DNA of 63,056 nt, counting the filler, from Octopus bimaculoides (lineage: Eukaryota), in assembly GCF_001194135.2 (NCBI RefSeq). It is 5 parts of 5 records of this genome, joined end to end, with 100 filler letters (N's around TTAATTAATTAA, not from the genome) between each part and the next. Parts side by side here need not be neighbours in the genome. Positions count along the whole stretch, not along the records: positions 1 to 8,332 come from NC_068982.1; positions 8,433 to 19,112 come from NC_069008.1; 3 more parts are not named here. One strand, given 5' to 3'. This document shows, in pieces, positions 1 through 11,693 of this stretch (positions are counted from its first letter, which is position 1; each line of letters opens with the position of its first letter). The notes beneath the pieces were generated by a model, which had not been told where the DNA came from, searched no databases, and saw only the letters and a list, made by a program, of their open reading frames with translations. A program made the position numbers and the translations under genes.

Positions 1-2
1 AA

Positions 3-33
<31 letters not shown>

Positions 34-192
34 CATCATCATCATCATCATCATCATCGTTTAACATCCGCTTTCCATGCTAGCATGGGTTGGACGATTT
101 CACTGAGGACTGGTGCAACCGGATGGCTACACCAGGCTCCAATCTAATTTGGCAGAGTTTCTACAGCTGGATGCCCTTCCTAACGCCAACCA

Positions 193-195
<3 letters not shown>
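34..195 (-). mobile_element. 5'-truncated RTE-LINE 3' end (family A, (GAT)n tail)
   Basis: Reverse complement of the conserved end GAGTGGTTGGCGTTAGGAAGGGCATCCAGCTGTAGAAACTCTGCCAAA...CATGGAAAGCGGACGTTAAACGATGATG, which also terminates the RT-bearing copy at 55239-56839. Confidence 0.8.
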
Positions 196-229
<34 letters not shown>

Positions 230-431
230 TCATCAAAGGATGGAGAGCAACACCTATCACCCTTCAGCTTCTCACGTTTCAGACACTGATGACAAGAAGA
301 GAGGAAATTATCCTCAGATTGGAGACCTGACTTGAATGCTTGCAGCAGAATAATCTTCACTAAAGACACCTCAGAACCAGGTGGTAGGGTATTAAATCTG
401 CCATAACCTGAGTACGTCTATATGTATAACA

Positions 432-580
432 GCAGGCATGGCAGTGTGGTAAGAAGTCTGCTTTCCAACCAAATGGACTAGGGTTCCCCTCATTGCAAGG
501 CACCTTATCGCAAGTGTCTTCTACTACAGCCTCAGGTTAACCTAAGCCTTGTGAGTGGAGCTAAAAGAAGCCCATCTTTT
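432..580 (+). mobile_element. Degenerate 5' half of tRNA-derived SINE family B
   Basis: Aligns by eye to the family B head (GGCTGTGTGGTAAG...CAAGTGTCTTCTACTATAGCCTC...AAGCCTTGTGAGTGG...AAAGAAGCCC). Confidence 0.6.
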
Positions 581-741
581 GTTTGTTTGTGTGTGTGTAT
601 AGATATGTACATACATATTGATATACATACATATGTATGCATTTATGTGTGTATATATATATATATATATAGATAGATATATATTTATGTGTGTGTGTGT
701 GTGTGTGTGTGTACACAGGCATGTATGCATGGATGGATGTT

Positions 742-793
<52 letters not shown>

Positions 794-1091
794 TGATTGT
801 GTCTCCCTGACGCGACATCATGTGATAGTTGTCAACAAGTGGCCCCTATCATAGAAGCAGTGTTTTTGTTTCCAATCTTCCATGAAAGCAAGCCCAGTTA
901 TGGGGAAATATTACCTTGCTGGAAAACAGGTGAAGGACCCAGGCATAGAAAATCTGCTTTTGGAAAAGTGAATATTAAAACAATGATGATGATGCTGATG
1001 ATATATATCAGTGTGTGTGTGTGACTGAACAACACACCAATATGGATTTACTTGTGGTTTACTTGTGGCTGAAGTGTTTCATGGATCTAAA

Positions 1092-1160
1092 AAGATATCT
1101 TAGTCCTTATGGTTACCCTGAGGAAAACCCTCAGGGTAACCATAAAGACTAAGATATCTT
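1092..1160. repeat. Near-perfect inverted repeat, 32-bp arms, 5-nt loop
   Basis: 1092-1123 pairs with 1129-1160 at 31/32 positions; loop AAAAC. Confidence 0.9.
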
Positions 1161-1548
1161 CACTAACTCCATGTTGACCCTCCCCGCAAGACGAGGGTAG
1201 GTGAGGTTGAACACTATTTCCATATGTGTAGTAGTTATATATTAGTTAGCATGGAAAGCGGACGTTGAACGATGATGATGATGATGATGATGAAGTACAG
1301 GACACAGTNNNNNNNNNNNNNNNNNNNNNNNNNNNNNNNNNNNNNNNNNNNNNNNNNNNNNNNNNNNNNNNNNNNNNNNNNNNNNNNNNNNNNNNNNNNN
1401 NNNNNNNNNNNNNNNNNNNNNNNNNNNNNNNNNNNNNNNNNNNNNNNNNNNNNNNNNNNNNNNNNNNNNNNNNNNNNNNNNNNNNNNNNNNNNNNNNNNN
1501 NNNNNNNNNNNNAAGCGGACGTTGAACGATGATGATGATGATGATGAT

Positions 1549-1870
1549 GAAGTACAGGACACAGTTGTTGTGTATTTGCATTGCTGAAGTACAGAGAATG
1601 TTGGTTATGTATTTGCCCTGTCGAAGTACAGGAGATAGCTGTGTATTTGTGTTTTTGAAGTACAGAAGACGGTTATGTATTTGCCCTGTTGAAGTACAAG
1701 AAATAGCTGTGTATTTGTGTTTTTGAAGTACAGAAGATGGTTATGTATTTGCCCTGTCAAAGTACAGGAAATAGCTGTGTATTTATGTTTTTGAAGTACA
1801 GAAGATGGTTATGTATTTGCCCTGTTGAAGTACAGGTAATGATTATTTATTTGTGTTGTTGAAGGACAAG
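1549..1870. repeat. 34-bp minisatellite with alternating A/B monomers (68-bp higher-order unit)
   Basis: GAAGTACAGAAGATGGTTATGTATTTGCCCTGTT alternates with GAAGTACAGGAAATAGCTGTGTATTTGTGTTTTT; about 9 monomers, degenerate at both edges. Confidence 0.9.
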
Positions 1871-1914
1871 ATTTGGTTGTACTCTCATCCAAACAATGTT
1901 TCCAAATCATGGTA

Positions 1915-2130
1915 ATCGGGTTGATGTTGTTTAATTCCATGTCAGCCTTGATCCCTGAGAACTATAATCAAAGGTATTCTAGCCATGACAATCCTGTCGT
2001 TTTAGGAGTACGTAGGACTATGTTTTCAAAGGTGTTCTTTCTTTATTTGAAATGTCAGAGTATGGTTTAAGGGAGACTTAGTTGCTACTTCTAGCAAGTT
2101 AAGCACTCATAGAGAAGCTAGCAAGCTGGC
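1915..2130 (+). repeat. Dispersed unclassified repeat (family E); related pieces near 5025-5110, 27495-27690, 31058-31316 and 48420-48670
   Basis: Shared motifs TTAACCCCAGGTCAGCCCTGAT..GAGCAGA and GGGTGTGATTTGAGGGAGATTTGGCTGCTATTTCTAGC recur across the window. Confidence 0.55.
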
Positions 2131-2199
2131 TTAGTTAATAGAGTGGTTGTCGGTGGTCATGATAGTGAGTGGGGATAGCAGCAGTGAGTGTAGAAGTGG

Positions 2200-2208
2200 T
2201 AGGGGTGG

Positions 2209-2262
<54 letters not shown>

Positions 2263-2299
2263 ATGGTAGTAGTATAGTGATGGTGGTGGTGGCAGCGGC

Positions 2300-2352
<53 letters not shown>

Positions 2353-2366
2353 CAGTAGCAATGGTG

Positions 2367-2402
<36 letters not shown>

Positions 2403-2996
2403 GTAATGGTGGTGGTGGTGGTAGTGGTGGTAGTAGTAGTAGTAGTAGTAGTGAAGGTGGTAGTGGTGGTATTACTACTGGTGGTGGTGGTGGTGGAGGT
2501 TATAAAATGAGAAAGGAAGAAAGAGAGAGGAGCAGTGAGGTTGTGGGGGGGAGAGGTGAGGGAACAAAGTCAGAGTTTATGGGTGGAGAGGAGGTCTTTG
2601 AAAGCACTTTGAGTAATTACTTGCGTCTGCATATGTGTGTGTGTGTGTGGGTGCATGTGCATGATTGGATGTGTGAGAGGGGTTCAAAGCGTATGCAACT
2701 GTGTGTGTGTGTGTGATTGTGTATGTCAGTACGTGGTCGAGTCATTATGTATGTGTATGTGTTTGTGTCTATATTGTGAGCATGTAGCTTGGGTGAATGA
2801 TAGTTTGTGTGCAGTTGCGCATGTATATGCATGTGTGCAGGTGTGTGTGTGTGTGTGTGTGTGTGTGTCTAAAGTTGTAGGTGAAGGTTGCATTTAAGAC
2901 ATTGTGTATGTGTGTGTTTGTGTGTGTGTATTGGGATATGTGGAAAAAAAAATGAATGCATTTATTTCTTCACTTCCTCAGTGTATGTGTATGTAT

Positions 2997-3060
<64 letters not shown>

Positions 3061-3823
3061 GTAAGTGTGTATGTATTTATGTCATCAGCACTCACTTGTA
3101 CTTCTATTATGCAATACCACCACCACCATGCTGCCGCCTTGCACATATATCGCACATGTGCACAACACACACACACACTCTCGTACACATACACTTACAC
3201 ACACAACATCCTGCGCCCATTTTTCCATACTAAACCAAGTTTTGTTCTTTTAATGAAGGGTTTAAGCAGGGTGGTGTGTGGGGTGGGATGTTTACTAGAC
3301 ATACCTCGCCCCCATCACCAACATCACTAGTATACGAATACTACTACCACCACCACCACCGCCGCCACTACTACTACCACTACTATTACTACTACTGCTG
3401 CTACCGCTGCCACCACTGCCATGATGACCATCACCCACAACTGCAATATTACCACTATTACAGTCAGCTACACCACCACCACTATTACTACTGCTACTAC
3501 TACTACTACAACTACTACTACTACTACCACTACTGCTACTACTTTTGCCACTAACACCCCCACCAGCACTGCCACCGTTCTACTACTACNNNNNNNNNNN
3601 NNNNNNNNNNNNNNNNNNNNNNNNNNNNNNNNNNNNNNNNNNNNNNNNNNNNNNNNNNNNNNNNNNNNNNNNNNNNNNNNNNNNNNTTACTACTGCTACT
3701 ACTACTACTACAACTACTACTACTACTACCACTACTGCTACTACTTTTGCCACTAACACCCCCACCAGCACTGCCACCGTTCTACTACTACTACTACAAC
3801 TACTACTGCTACTACTACTACTG

Positions 3824-3854
<31 letters not shown>

Positions 3855-3990
3855 CACTACTGCTACTGCTACTACTTTTGTCACTAACACCCCCACCAGC
3901 ACTGCCACCGTTCTACTACTAACACTACTACTACCACTACCATTGTTGCTACTACTGCAACTATTACAATTACTACTGCTGCTGCTTTAA
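2200..3990. repeat. Compound microsatellite field: (TAG/TGG)n, (TG)n, (TA)n, (CTA/CCA)n
   Basis: Direct reading; it produces the poly-V/S/T/Y ORFs in the track. Comparable simple repeats occur throughout the window. Confidence 0.95.
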
Positions 3991-4239
3991 CCACCACCAC
4001 CACCACCACTACCACATCCACTACTACTACTACTACAATCATCACTGCTGCTGTTACCGTTATTACTATACTACAATAAAAGTAAAGACACAAGTGACTG
4101 CAGTTTTGGGTGTTGAACACGGATCACTGAACATCGCAGATGTTAGTACAAACAGTGCCGACTGGAAGTTGTTCTTATATTTCACAGCAGTCACTATCTT
4201 TTATATACTGTTACATATCTTAAGTTACTACAATTAAAA

Positions 4240-4622
4240 CACGGCCTGGCGGAGGCAAAGTCGTTGAGTTCCTTTCAAGCGTTGGGCCTGATGGAGGCAA
4301 AGTGGTCGAGTTCCTTTCGAGTGTTGGGTCTCACGGAGGCAATGACCAAGACCTCTGGCATTATTCAAGCTTGAGAAGACCTATCAAGCCAAGCAAAATC
4401 ACAGCCATGGCAGATACCAGTGTCACGCAAAATAGCACCCATGCCGTAGCATGTAAAAGCACCTATTACACACTTGGAGTGGTTGGTGTTAGGAAGGGCA
4501 TCCAGCTGTAGAAACCTTGCCAAATTGGACTGGTACTTGGTGCAGCTCCCTGGCTTACCTGTTTTCAGTTAAACCATCCAACCCATGCCAGCATGGAAAG
4601 TGGACATTAAATCATCATCATC
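4240..4622 (+). mobile_element. RTE-LINE 3' UTR fragment (family A)
   Basis: Carries GAGTGGTTGGTGTTAGGAAGGGCATCCAGCTGTAGAAA and ends CATGGAAAGTGGACATTAAA. Confidence 0.75.
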
Positions 4623-4625
4623 GTC

Positions 4626-4915
4626 ATTATCATTTAATGACCATCATCGATGCTGGCATGGGTTAGATGGTTTGACTAGAGCTGGGAAGCTAGTGGAGCT
4701 GCACCAGACTCCAATCTGATTTGGCATGGTTTCAACAGCCGAATGCCCTTCCTAATGCCAACCACTCCGAGAGTGTAATGGGTGCTTGTATGTGCCACCA
4801 GCCATTTGCATGACACCAGTATCTGCCACGACTGATTTTACTTGGCTTGATGGGTTGTCTTCTCAAGCACAACATAATGTCAAAGGTCTCGGTCCTTCGT
4901 CAGTCTCCATGAGGC
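4626..4915 (-). mobile_element. RTE-LINE 3' UTR fragment (family A), tail-to-tail with the previous copy
   Basis: Reverse complement of the same 3' UTR (ATGCCCTTCCTAATGCCAACCACTCCGAGAGTG...TTGGCTTGATGGGTTGTCTTCTCAAGC). Confidence 0.75.
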
Positions 4916-5194
4916 TGATGATGTTAAAAGGTTAAACTATTTGATATCAAATAAGTCTATGTCAAATCAGCAACACCAAATAGGTGGCACCAAAGCTGTT
5001 GTGCCGAAAACACCTTAGTGGAGGTATTATTGTTGCTGCTATTTAGCTTCAGACCAGCCCTCAACGAACAGATCTCGGATGAATTGGTATTCCAACGATG
5101 ACCATCTACACATAGAGTAACTAATACTGCAATATTCAATGTTGTTGTAGATGTCATTCTCCAAGACTGTAAGGTCTGCTGATATTTATTTTTA

Positions 5195-5328
5195 TTATTT
5201 TAAAGCCTAGCCAGGCTCATGGGCCCGGTTTCCTGGTTTCTATGGCGTATGTGTTCCCCCAAGCTGGATGGGACCCCAGTCCATCGCAGCGTTACTCAAG
5301 AAACAGGAAGAAAGAAGAGTGAGAGAAA
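5195..5328 (-). mobile_element. SINE 3' part, V/Meta-SINE-like tail
   Basis: Minus strand reads GAGTAACGCTGCGATGGACTGGGGTCCCATCCAGC...AGAAACCAGGAAACCGGGCCCATGAGCC, resembling V/Meta-SINE 3' domains from memory; the head is lost in a gap. Confidence 0.4.
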
Positions 5329-7311
5329 NNNNNNNNNNNNNNNNNNNNNNNNNNNNNNNNNNNNNNNNNNNNNNNNNNNNNNNNNNNNNNNNNNNNNNNN
5401 NNNNNNNNNNNNNNNNNNNNNNNNNNNNNNNNNNNNNNNNNNNNNNNNNNNNNNNNNNNNNNNNNNNNNNNNNNNNNNNNNNNNNNNNNNNNNNNNNNNN
5501 NNNNNNNNNNNNNNNNNNNNNNNNNNNNNNNNNNNNNNNNNNNNNNNNNNNNNNNNNNNNNNNNNNNNNNNNNNNNNNNNNNNNNNNNNNNNNNNNNNNN
5601 NNNNNNNNNNNNNNNNNNNNNNNNNNNNNNNNNNNNNNNNNNNNNNNNNNNNNNNNNNNNNNNNNNNNNNNNNNNNNNNNNNNNNNNNNNNNNNNNNNNN
5701 NNNNNNNNNNNNNNNNNNNNNNNNNNGTGGGTGGGTGGGTGAGTAGGTGGGATGTACACAAATTGAAGAGAATGGTGACAGTAATAAGATGATGGTGATG
5801 ACGACTACGACAATGACAATTGGTGGTCATGACAGTGATGATGGTGATGATGCCAGGAAGGTAGAGGGTGGGAAAGATGGATGGTTGGTGGGTCAGAGTG
5901 ATAGTTGTAAGAGGAAGAAATGAATGATGATGATGACGCTGGTGATAACGAGTTAGTATTGGTGGTGGTGGTGGTGGTGTTTGATGTGATTAAGGTAGTT
6001 AAGATAGCCCATCATCACCACCACCATCATAACTACTTACACCACTAGCAAAACACCATCTTCACTACAGATACTAACCCTACCACCCACCACATTGCCA
6101 TCAGGATCATCTGTCATCATCATCATCACCATCATCATCATCTGTCATCACCATCATCATCATCATGTCATCACCATCATCATCATCATCATCATTATCT
6201 GTCATCATCATCATCATCATCATCATTATCTGTCATCATCATCATCATCATCATCATCACTAATATCACTAAAACTGCCATTGTCACCACAACCACCACA
6301 CAGCAGTCTTCCTTCAGAAACTNNNNNNNNNNNNNNNNNNNNNNNNNNNNNNNNNNNNNNNNNNNNNNNNNNNNNNNNNNNNNNNNNNNNNNNNNNNNNN
6401 NNNNNNNNNNNNNNNNNNNNNNNNNNNNNNNNNNNNNNNNNNNNNNNNNNNNNNNNNNNNNNNNNNNNNNNNNNNNNNNNNNNNNNNNNNNNNNNNNNNN
6501 NNNNNNNNNNNNNNNNNNNNNNNNNNNNNNNNNNNNNNNNNNNNNNNNNNNNNNNNNNNNNNNNNNNNNNNNNNNNNNNNNNNNNNNNNNNNNNNNNNNN
6601 NNNNNNNNNNNNNNNNNNNNNNNNNNNNNNNNNNNNNNNNNNNNNNNNNNNNNNNNNNNNNNNNNNNNNNNNNNNNNNNNNNNNNNNNNNNNNNNNNNNN
6701 NNNNNNNNNNNNNNNNNNNNNNNNNNNNNNNNNNNNNNNNNNNNNNNNNNNNNNNNNNNNNNNNNNNNNNNNNNNNNNNNNNNNNNNNNNNNNNNNNNNN
6801 NNNNNNNNNNNNNNNNNNNNNNNNNNNNNNNNNNNNNNNNNNNNNNNNNNNNNNNNNNNNNNNNNNNNNNNNNNNNNNNNNNNNNNNNNNNNNNNNNNNN
6901 NNNNNNNNNNNNNNNNNNNNNNNNNNNNNNNNNNNNNNNNNNNNNNNNNNNNNNNNNNNNNNNNNNNNNNNNNNNNNNNNNNNNNNNNNNNNNNNNNNNN
7001 NNNNNNNNNNNNNNNNNNNNNNNNNNNNNNNNNGTGATGGTAGTGGTGGTGGTGGTGATAGTGGTTGTGATGGTAGTGGTGGTGGTGGTGATAGTGGTTG
7101 TGATGGTAGTGGTGGTGGTGGTGATAGTGGTTGTGATGGTAGTGGTGGCATTGTTATACTATTAATAATGAGGATGGTGGTTGAGATAAATATGATGGTG
7201 GTGGTGGTGGTGGTAGTGGATCATGGTGTGTAGTCAACATAAGGGACATATTGATACTGCTCCAACATAGCTATGTTGACACACACAGTCCCAACATTAC
7301 TTATGTTCATA

Positions 7312-7352
<41 letters not shown>

Positions 7353-8332
7353 CCAATATCACCTTTGTTCATACAAGACTCCCAAAATCAGCAACTGACA
7401 TACACAGCCACAGTCTTCTCATACACACACAAATACACAGTTTTAACATCACATATGCCCTCTCACACTACCCAAACAAAACTACATTCACACACACACA
7501 CATAGTTTCAGTATCACCAGGACACCAGCGCCTATTCTGGCACTGTTTTTCTATATATCACTGGTAGGGAGATGAGTCGCTGCTGCTTCTAGTGGCCGAG
7601 TGTCCATCAAAGAAGAGATCAAGGAATGTTGAAAACACATGATCAGGTGGTCTTGGCACTGGAAGCAGCAGGAATTTATCTCTGCTAGCAATATAAGCAA
7701 CAGTGTATTTTGCACCAAAAGCCAATATGAGAAGTTCTCTCACGGTAACCACAGCAGTATAGTTTGTTCTAACAGAACATCCACGTTTAAGTGGGGATAA
7801 ATATTACCTCTCAGTTTTAATACTGCCTCTCTCACTAATACATAAGTATCACCTATGTTATCTCTCTCTCTCTCTCTCACACACACACATAGTCCCAACA
7901 TTAACTATGTTCAAACACACATACACACACACAAACACAAATATACAAACATACACAGTTCCAACATCACCTATATTTACACTTCACCTGTGTTCTAGCA
8001 CACGGCCTCAACAGCACCTATGTTCTCTTACACACACAACCCTAACAATAACTACACATGCACACACACATTGTCTTACAACAACTTCCAATCTCTGTTT
8101 TACTGCTGTTGTATCCAGTTTAATCTATTTCCTGATGACACTGGGTGAGACAGGGATCCCTAGACTCCTTTTAAGTAGGATGTAGAGCAAGAAAACAGCT
8201 GAGAAACCTTCCTCTACCCCCACCCCACCCCATCACCACCACCACTACCTATTTCCTAATATTCCTTCAATGACACCTGACCTTTGTTCTTGCCTCCTGG
8301 ATTGAAAGGGGAGCTCAAATGTAACAATATGG

Positions 8333-8432
8333 NNNNNNNNNNNNNNNNNNNNNNNNNNNNNNNNNNNNNNNNNNNNTTAATTAATTAANNNNNNNNNNNN
8401 NNNNNNNNNNNNNNNNNNNNNNNNNNNNNNNN
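8333..8432. other. Assembly join spacer (44 N + TTAATTAATTAA + 44 N); the same 12-mer occurs at 19157-19168, 28150-28161 and 57329-57340
   Basis: Identical 100-bp layout four times; the palindromic 12-mer puts a stop codon in all six frames. Confidence 0.95.
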
Positions 8433-9230
8433 CTTTTATTCATTAAAGTATGCCCCCATATTGTCAATACACTTTTGTCATTTCAGCAGTAGCTCGTCCA
8501 GCCTGGCACTGTAAAAGCCTGGCAATCTAGAGTCAATGAAATCTTGGAAGGCCTGTTTTACAGCATCACCAGAATTAATTTTTTTTTCCTATCAAAAAGT
8601 TATCCAAATTCTGGAAGAAGTGGTAGTCAGTGGGGGCAAGATCAGGTGAGTATGGTGGATCATGAAGAACTACCAACTACAAATCCTGTAGTTTCGCCAA
8701 TGTTATTTTTGCGATGTGTGGTCTGGCATTGTCTTGCAATAAAATAGGAGTGGATCTGTTAACTAATCTAGGCTGTTTTTTTTTATGTAAGTTTCTGCAT
8801 CATTTGGTTTAGTTAGCTGCAGTATACTTCAGTCGTGATTGATGAGCCAGGTTTAATGAAATCATAATGGATCACACTTGTGCCAGACCACCAAACATAC
8901 ACCATCAGCTTATTTTGATTAAATTTTGCTTTTTGGACTGTGTTTTGGTGGCTCGTCTTTATCCAACCAACGTGGTGAATGTTTACAGTTGTTGTATTGG
9001 ATCCATTTCTCATCACATGTTACAATTCAATTCAAAAATGATTCGTTTTCATGACAAGAAAGTAGCATAATGGAAGCTTCCAAACGTTGCTGTTTCTGAA
9101 TTTCATTGAGTTCATGTAGAACCCACTTATCCAACTTTTTCACTTTACCGATTTGAATGAGGGGAGTCAATATTGTCTGCTTGCTAACACCAAGCATACT
9201 GAACATTTTTTATATCCGTTAATATAGAGT
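8433..9230 (-). mobile_element. Mariner transposase pseudogene
   Basis: Translation KLMVYVWWSGTSVIHYDFIKPGSSITTEVYCS matches the mariner core; DEKW- and YSPDL-like motifs are decayed in neighbouring frames. Confidence 0.85.
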
Positions 9231-9269
9231 CAGGATTTAGAGAGAATTTTCCATCTCTTTGTCTGGAAC

Positions 9270-9773
9270 TTAAAGTTTCCAGATAAAATAATCTTAATAT
9301 AGATAAAGGAACTGAGTATCTGGTCAAGAAAGGAGCATTTATTTCACTGAACAATCATAAACCTGACTTCCATAATAGAAGAAAGTGTAAGCTAATTACT
9401 CCGGCTAAGACTGAACTAGGTTTAGCGAGAAAAAATATTTTAAGACATTAACAACAAAATTAAGGTATTGCCAATCCTGTTGATATGGACTAACAGTTTC
9501 TGAATGATATCTTAGTTCAAATCCATCCACAATAACAATAAAGTGAAATTCACAATTTGATATTGTAGATTTCTATCCATCAATACCTGAACTACTCCTG
9601 TATAATACATTAGAGTTTGCATGTTCATTTATAATCATAGTAAGAAATACTACTTATTATGCATGCACATAAGACATAGTTATTCAGTAACAAATCTATT
9701 TGGTCCAAAAATGTGAACTATTTGATGTCCCAATGGGTTCATATAATAGCATGGATATATGCAATTTAGTTGG
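9270..9773 (+). mobile_element. Penelope-like element, RT N-terminal half (pseudogene)
   Basis: Frames read AFISLNNHKPDFHNRRKCKLITPAKTELG, IVDFYPSI and LFDVPMGSYNSMDICNLVG, typical PLE reverse-transcriptase motifs. Confidence 0.85.
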
Positions 9774-9805
9774 CGAGTGGCTGTGTGGTAAGTAGCTTGC
9801 TTACC
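9774..9805 (+). mobile_element. SINE family B head (A-box region), separated from its body by an insertion
   Basis: CGAGTGGCTGTGTGGTAAGTAGCTTGCTTACC is the family B start (compare 51723 onward); the body resumes at 11306. Confidence 0.85.
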
Positions 9806-11305
9806 GAGGGGACGTGTTTTTTGTCGCTCCTGTTGTCACGTCGCAAAGGATTTAATTTTTACCCGCAAAGTGACGTCTGCAGCGGAGCCAGGATCAAATC
9901 GGGCCAGAGTACCAGTGTGGCCTGAAAATTTGTTATTCTGCCTGGAACTTTATATTTTATTTATTCTTTCTGAACTGTTGTATTTCCTTTCTCCTTCTTT
10001 TATGAACTTTTTTAGTACAAACTGTTTATTTTATTTCTTCTGCTTTTTTGAACTGTTTTCTCTTTTTGCATGTTTTTAAAATTTTTCGTTGTTTAATTTT
10101 TGTGTGGACATTTTTATCATGGCAGAGAACATAAAGAAAAATAAGGCCACTGCTGTGGAGTGGGAGATTATCCCACCCAAGAAGTGGTTAAATGATTTGA
10201 GGGAANNNNNNNNNNNNNNNNNNNNNNNNNNNNNNNNNNNNNNNNNNNNNNNNNNNNNNNNNNNNNNNNNNNNNNNNNNNNNNNNNNNNNNNNNNNNNNN
10301 NNNNNNNNNNNNNNNNNNNNNNNNNNNNNNNNNNNNNNNNNNNNNNNNNNNNNNNNNNNNNNNNNNNNNNNNNNNNNNNNNNNNNNNNNNNNNNNNNNNN
10401 NNNNNNNNNNNNNNNNNNNNNNNNNNNNNNNNNNNNNNNNNNNNNNNNNNNNNNNNNNNNNNNNNNNNNNNNNNNNNNNNNNNNNNNNNNNNNNNNNNNN
10501 NNNNNNNNNNNNNNNNNNNNNNNNNNNNNNNNNNNNNNNNNNNNNNNNNNNNNNNNNNNNNNNNNNNNNNNNNNNNNNNNNNNNNNNNNNNNNNNNNNNN
10601 NNNNNNNNNNNNNNNNNNNNNNNNNNNNNNNNNNNNNNNNNNNNNNNNNNNNNNNNNNNNNNNNNNNNNNNNNNNNNNNNNNNNNNNNNNNNNNNNNNNN
10701 NNNNNNNNNNNNNNNNNNNNNNNNNNNNNNNNNNNNNNNNNNNNNNNNNNNNNNNNNNNNNNNNNNNNNNNNNNNNNNNNNNNNNNNNNNNNNNNNNNNN
10801 NNNNNNNNNNNNNNNNNNNNNNNNNNNNNNNNNNNNNNNNNNNNNNNNNNNNNNNNNNNNNNNNNNNNNNNNNNNNNNNNNNNNNNNNNNNNNNNNNNNN
10901 NNNNNNNNNNNNNNNNNNNNNNNNNNNNNNNNNNNNNNNNNNNNGTGCCGCGGACCGAACCAGTGACCCCTCCGGAAGGAAATGTGCCATCGGAGAGGGA
11001 GACTCTGTCAGCGGGAATTGTGCCGCTGGCAGGACAAAACTGAATTGTTTTGTATTATGATTCATTGTAATTATAAATATGTTTATTTATTTTGAACAAA
11101 TGTACTGTAAAGTAAGAGTTTTATAGCCTCAAATTATGAATTTATAAAAGAACATTGATCTAGAGAAGCAGAGTTCAGCGGGCGGCTCCTGTCTTCTCCC
11201 ATTAATACCATATTAATCACCATTCATCTCATCTCATTAATGTCTTTGTCCAGACCGTAGCTACTCTCTGTGTACTACCTTTATGGCAAATTAAAAAATG
11301 AAATA
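9806..11305 (+). mobile_element. 1.5-kb retroposed element with 16-bp TSD; one ORF, no visible RT (candidate HAL1/Tx1-ORF1-only element)
   Basis: Flanked by AAGTAGCTTGCTTACC at 9790-9805 and 11306-11321; starts GAGGGGACGTG; ATG at 10119 (MAENIKKNKATAVEWEIIPPKKWLNDLRE); 739-N gap; stop near 11043-11060; A-rich end AATTAAAAAATGAAATA. Confidence 0.75.
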
Positions 11306-11693
11306 AAGTAGCTTGCTTACCAACCACATGGTTCCGGGTTCAGTCGCACTGTGTGGCACCATGGGCAAGTGTCTTTGGTCGGCCTTGGGCTAACCAAAGC
11401 CTTGTGAGTGGATTTGGTAGACGGAAACTGAAAGAAGCCCGTCGTATATATGTATATATATATATATATGCGTTTGTGTGTCTGTGTGTCTGTGTTTGTC
11501 CCCCAAACATCGCTTGACAACTGATGCTGGTGTGTTTACGTCCCCGTAACTTAGCGGTTCGGCAAAAGAGACCGATAGAATAAGTACTAGGCTTACAAAG
11601 AATAAGTCCTGGGGTCGATTTGCTTGACTAAAAAGGTGGTGCTCCAGCATGGCCACAGTCAAATGACTGAAACAAGTAAAAGAGTAAACGAGT
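11306..11693 (+). mobile_element. SINE family B body and tail
   Basis: B-box GGTTCAGTC, internal (TA)/(TG) tract, tail GACTGAAACAAGTAAAAGAGTAAA; CGAGT at 9774-9778 and 11689-11693 may be its short TSD. Confidence 0.9.

Noticed and set aside
1256-1567. Direct duplication across an N gap (also 44008-44057 versus 44068-44115 and 3459-3589 versus 3688-3790)
   Set aside because: Identical sequence on both sides of gaps is typical of unmerged contig overlaps.
1549-1870. CRISPR-like regular repeat
   Set aside because: There are no unique spacers, the monomers are directly tandem, there are no cas genes, and the context is eukaryotic.
7558-7800. Minus-strand open frame of about 80 codons (..TVAYIASRDKFLLLPVPRPPDHVFSTFLDLFFDG..)
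   Set aside because: No recognisable family and a weak acceptor; it could be a decayed LINE endonuclease segment or chance.
8377-8388. TTAATTAATTAA islands inside N runs (four times) as a conserved motif or piggyBac footprint
   Set aside because: The identical 44N-12-44N layout and six-frame stops mark an artificial scaffold spacer.
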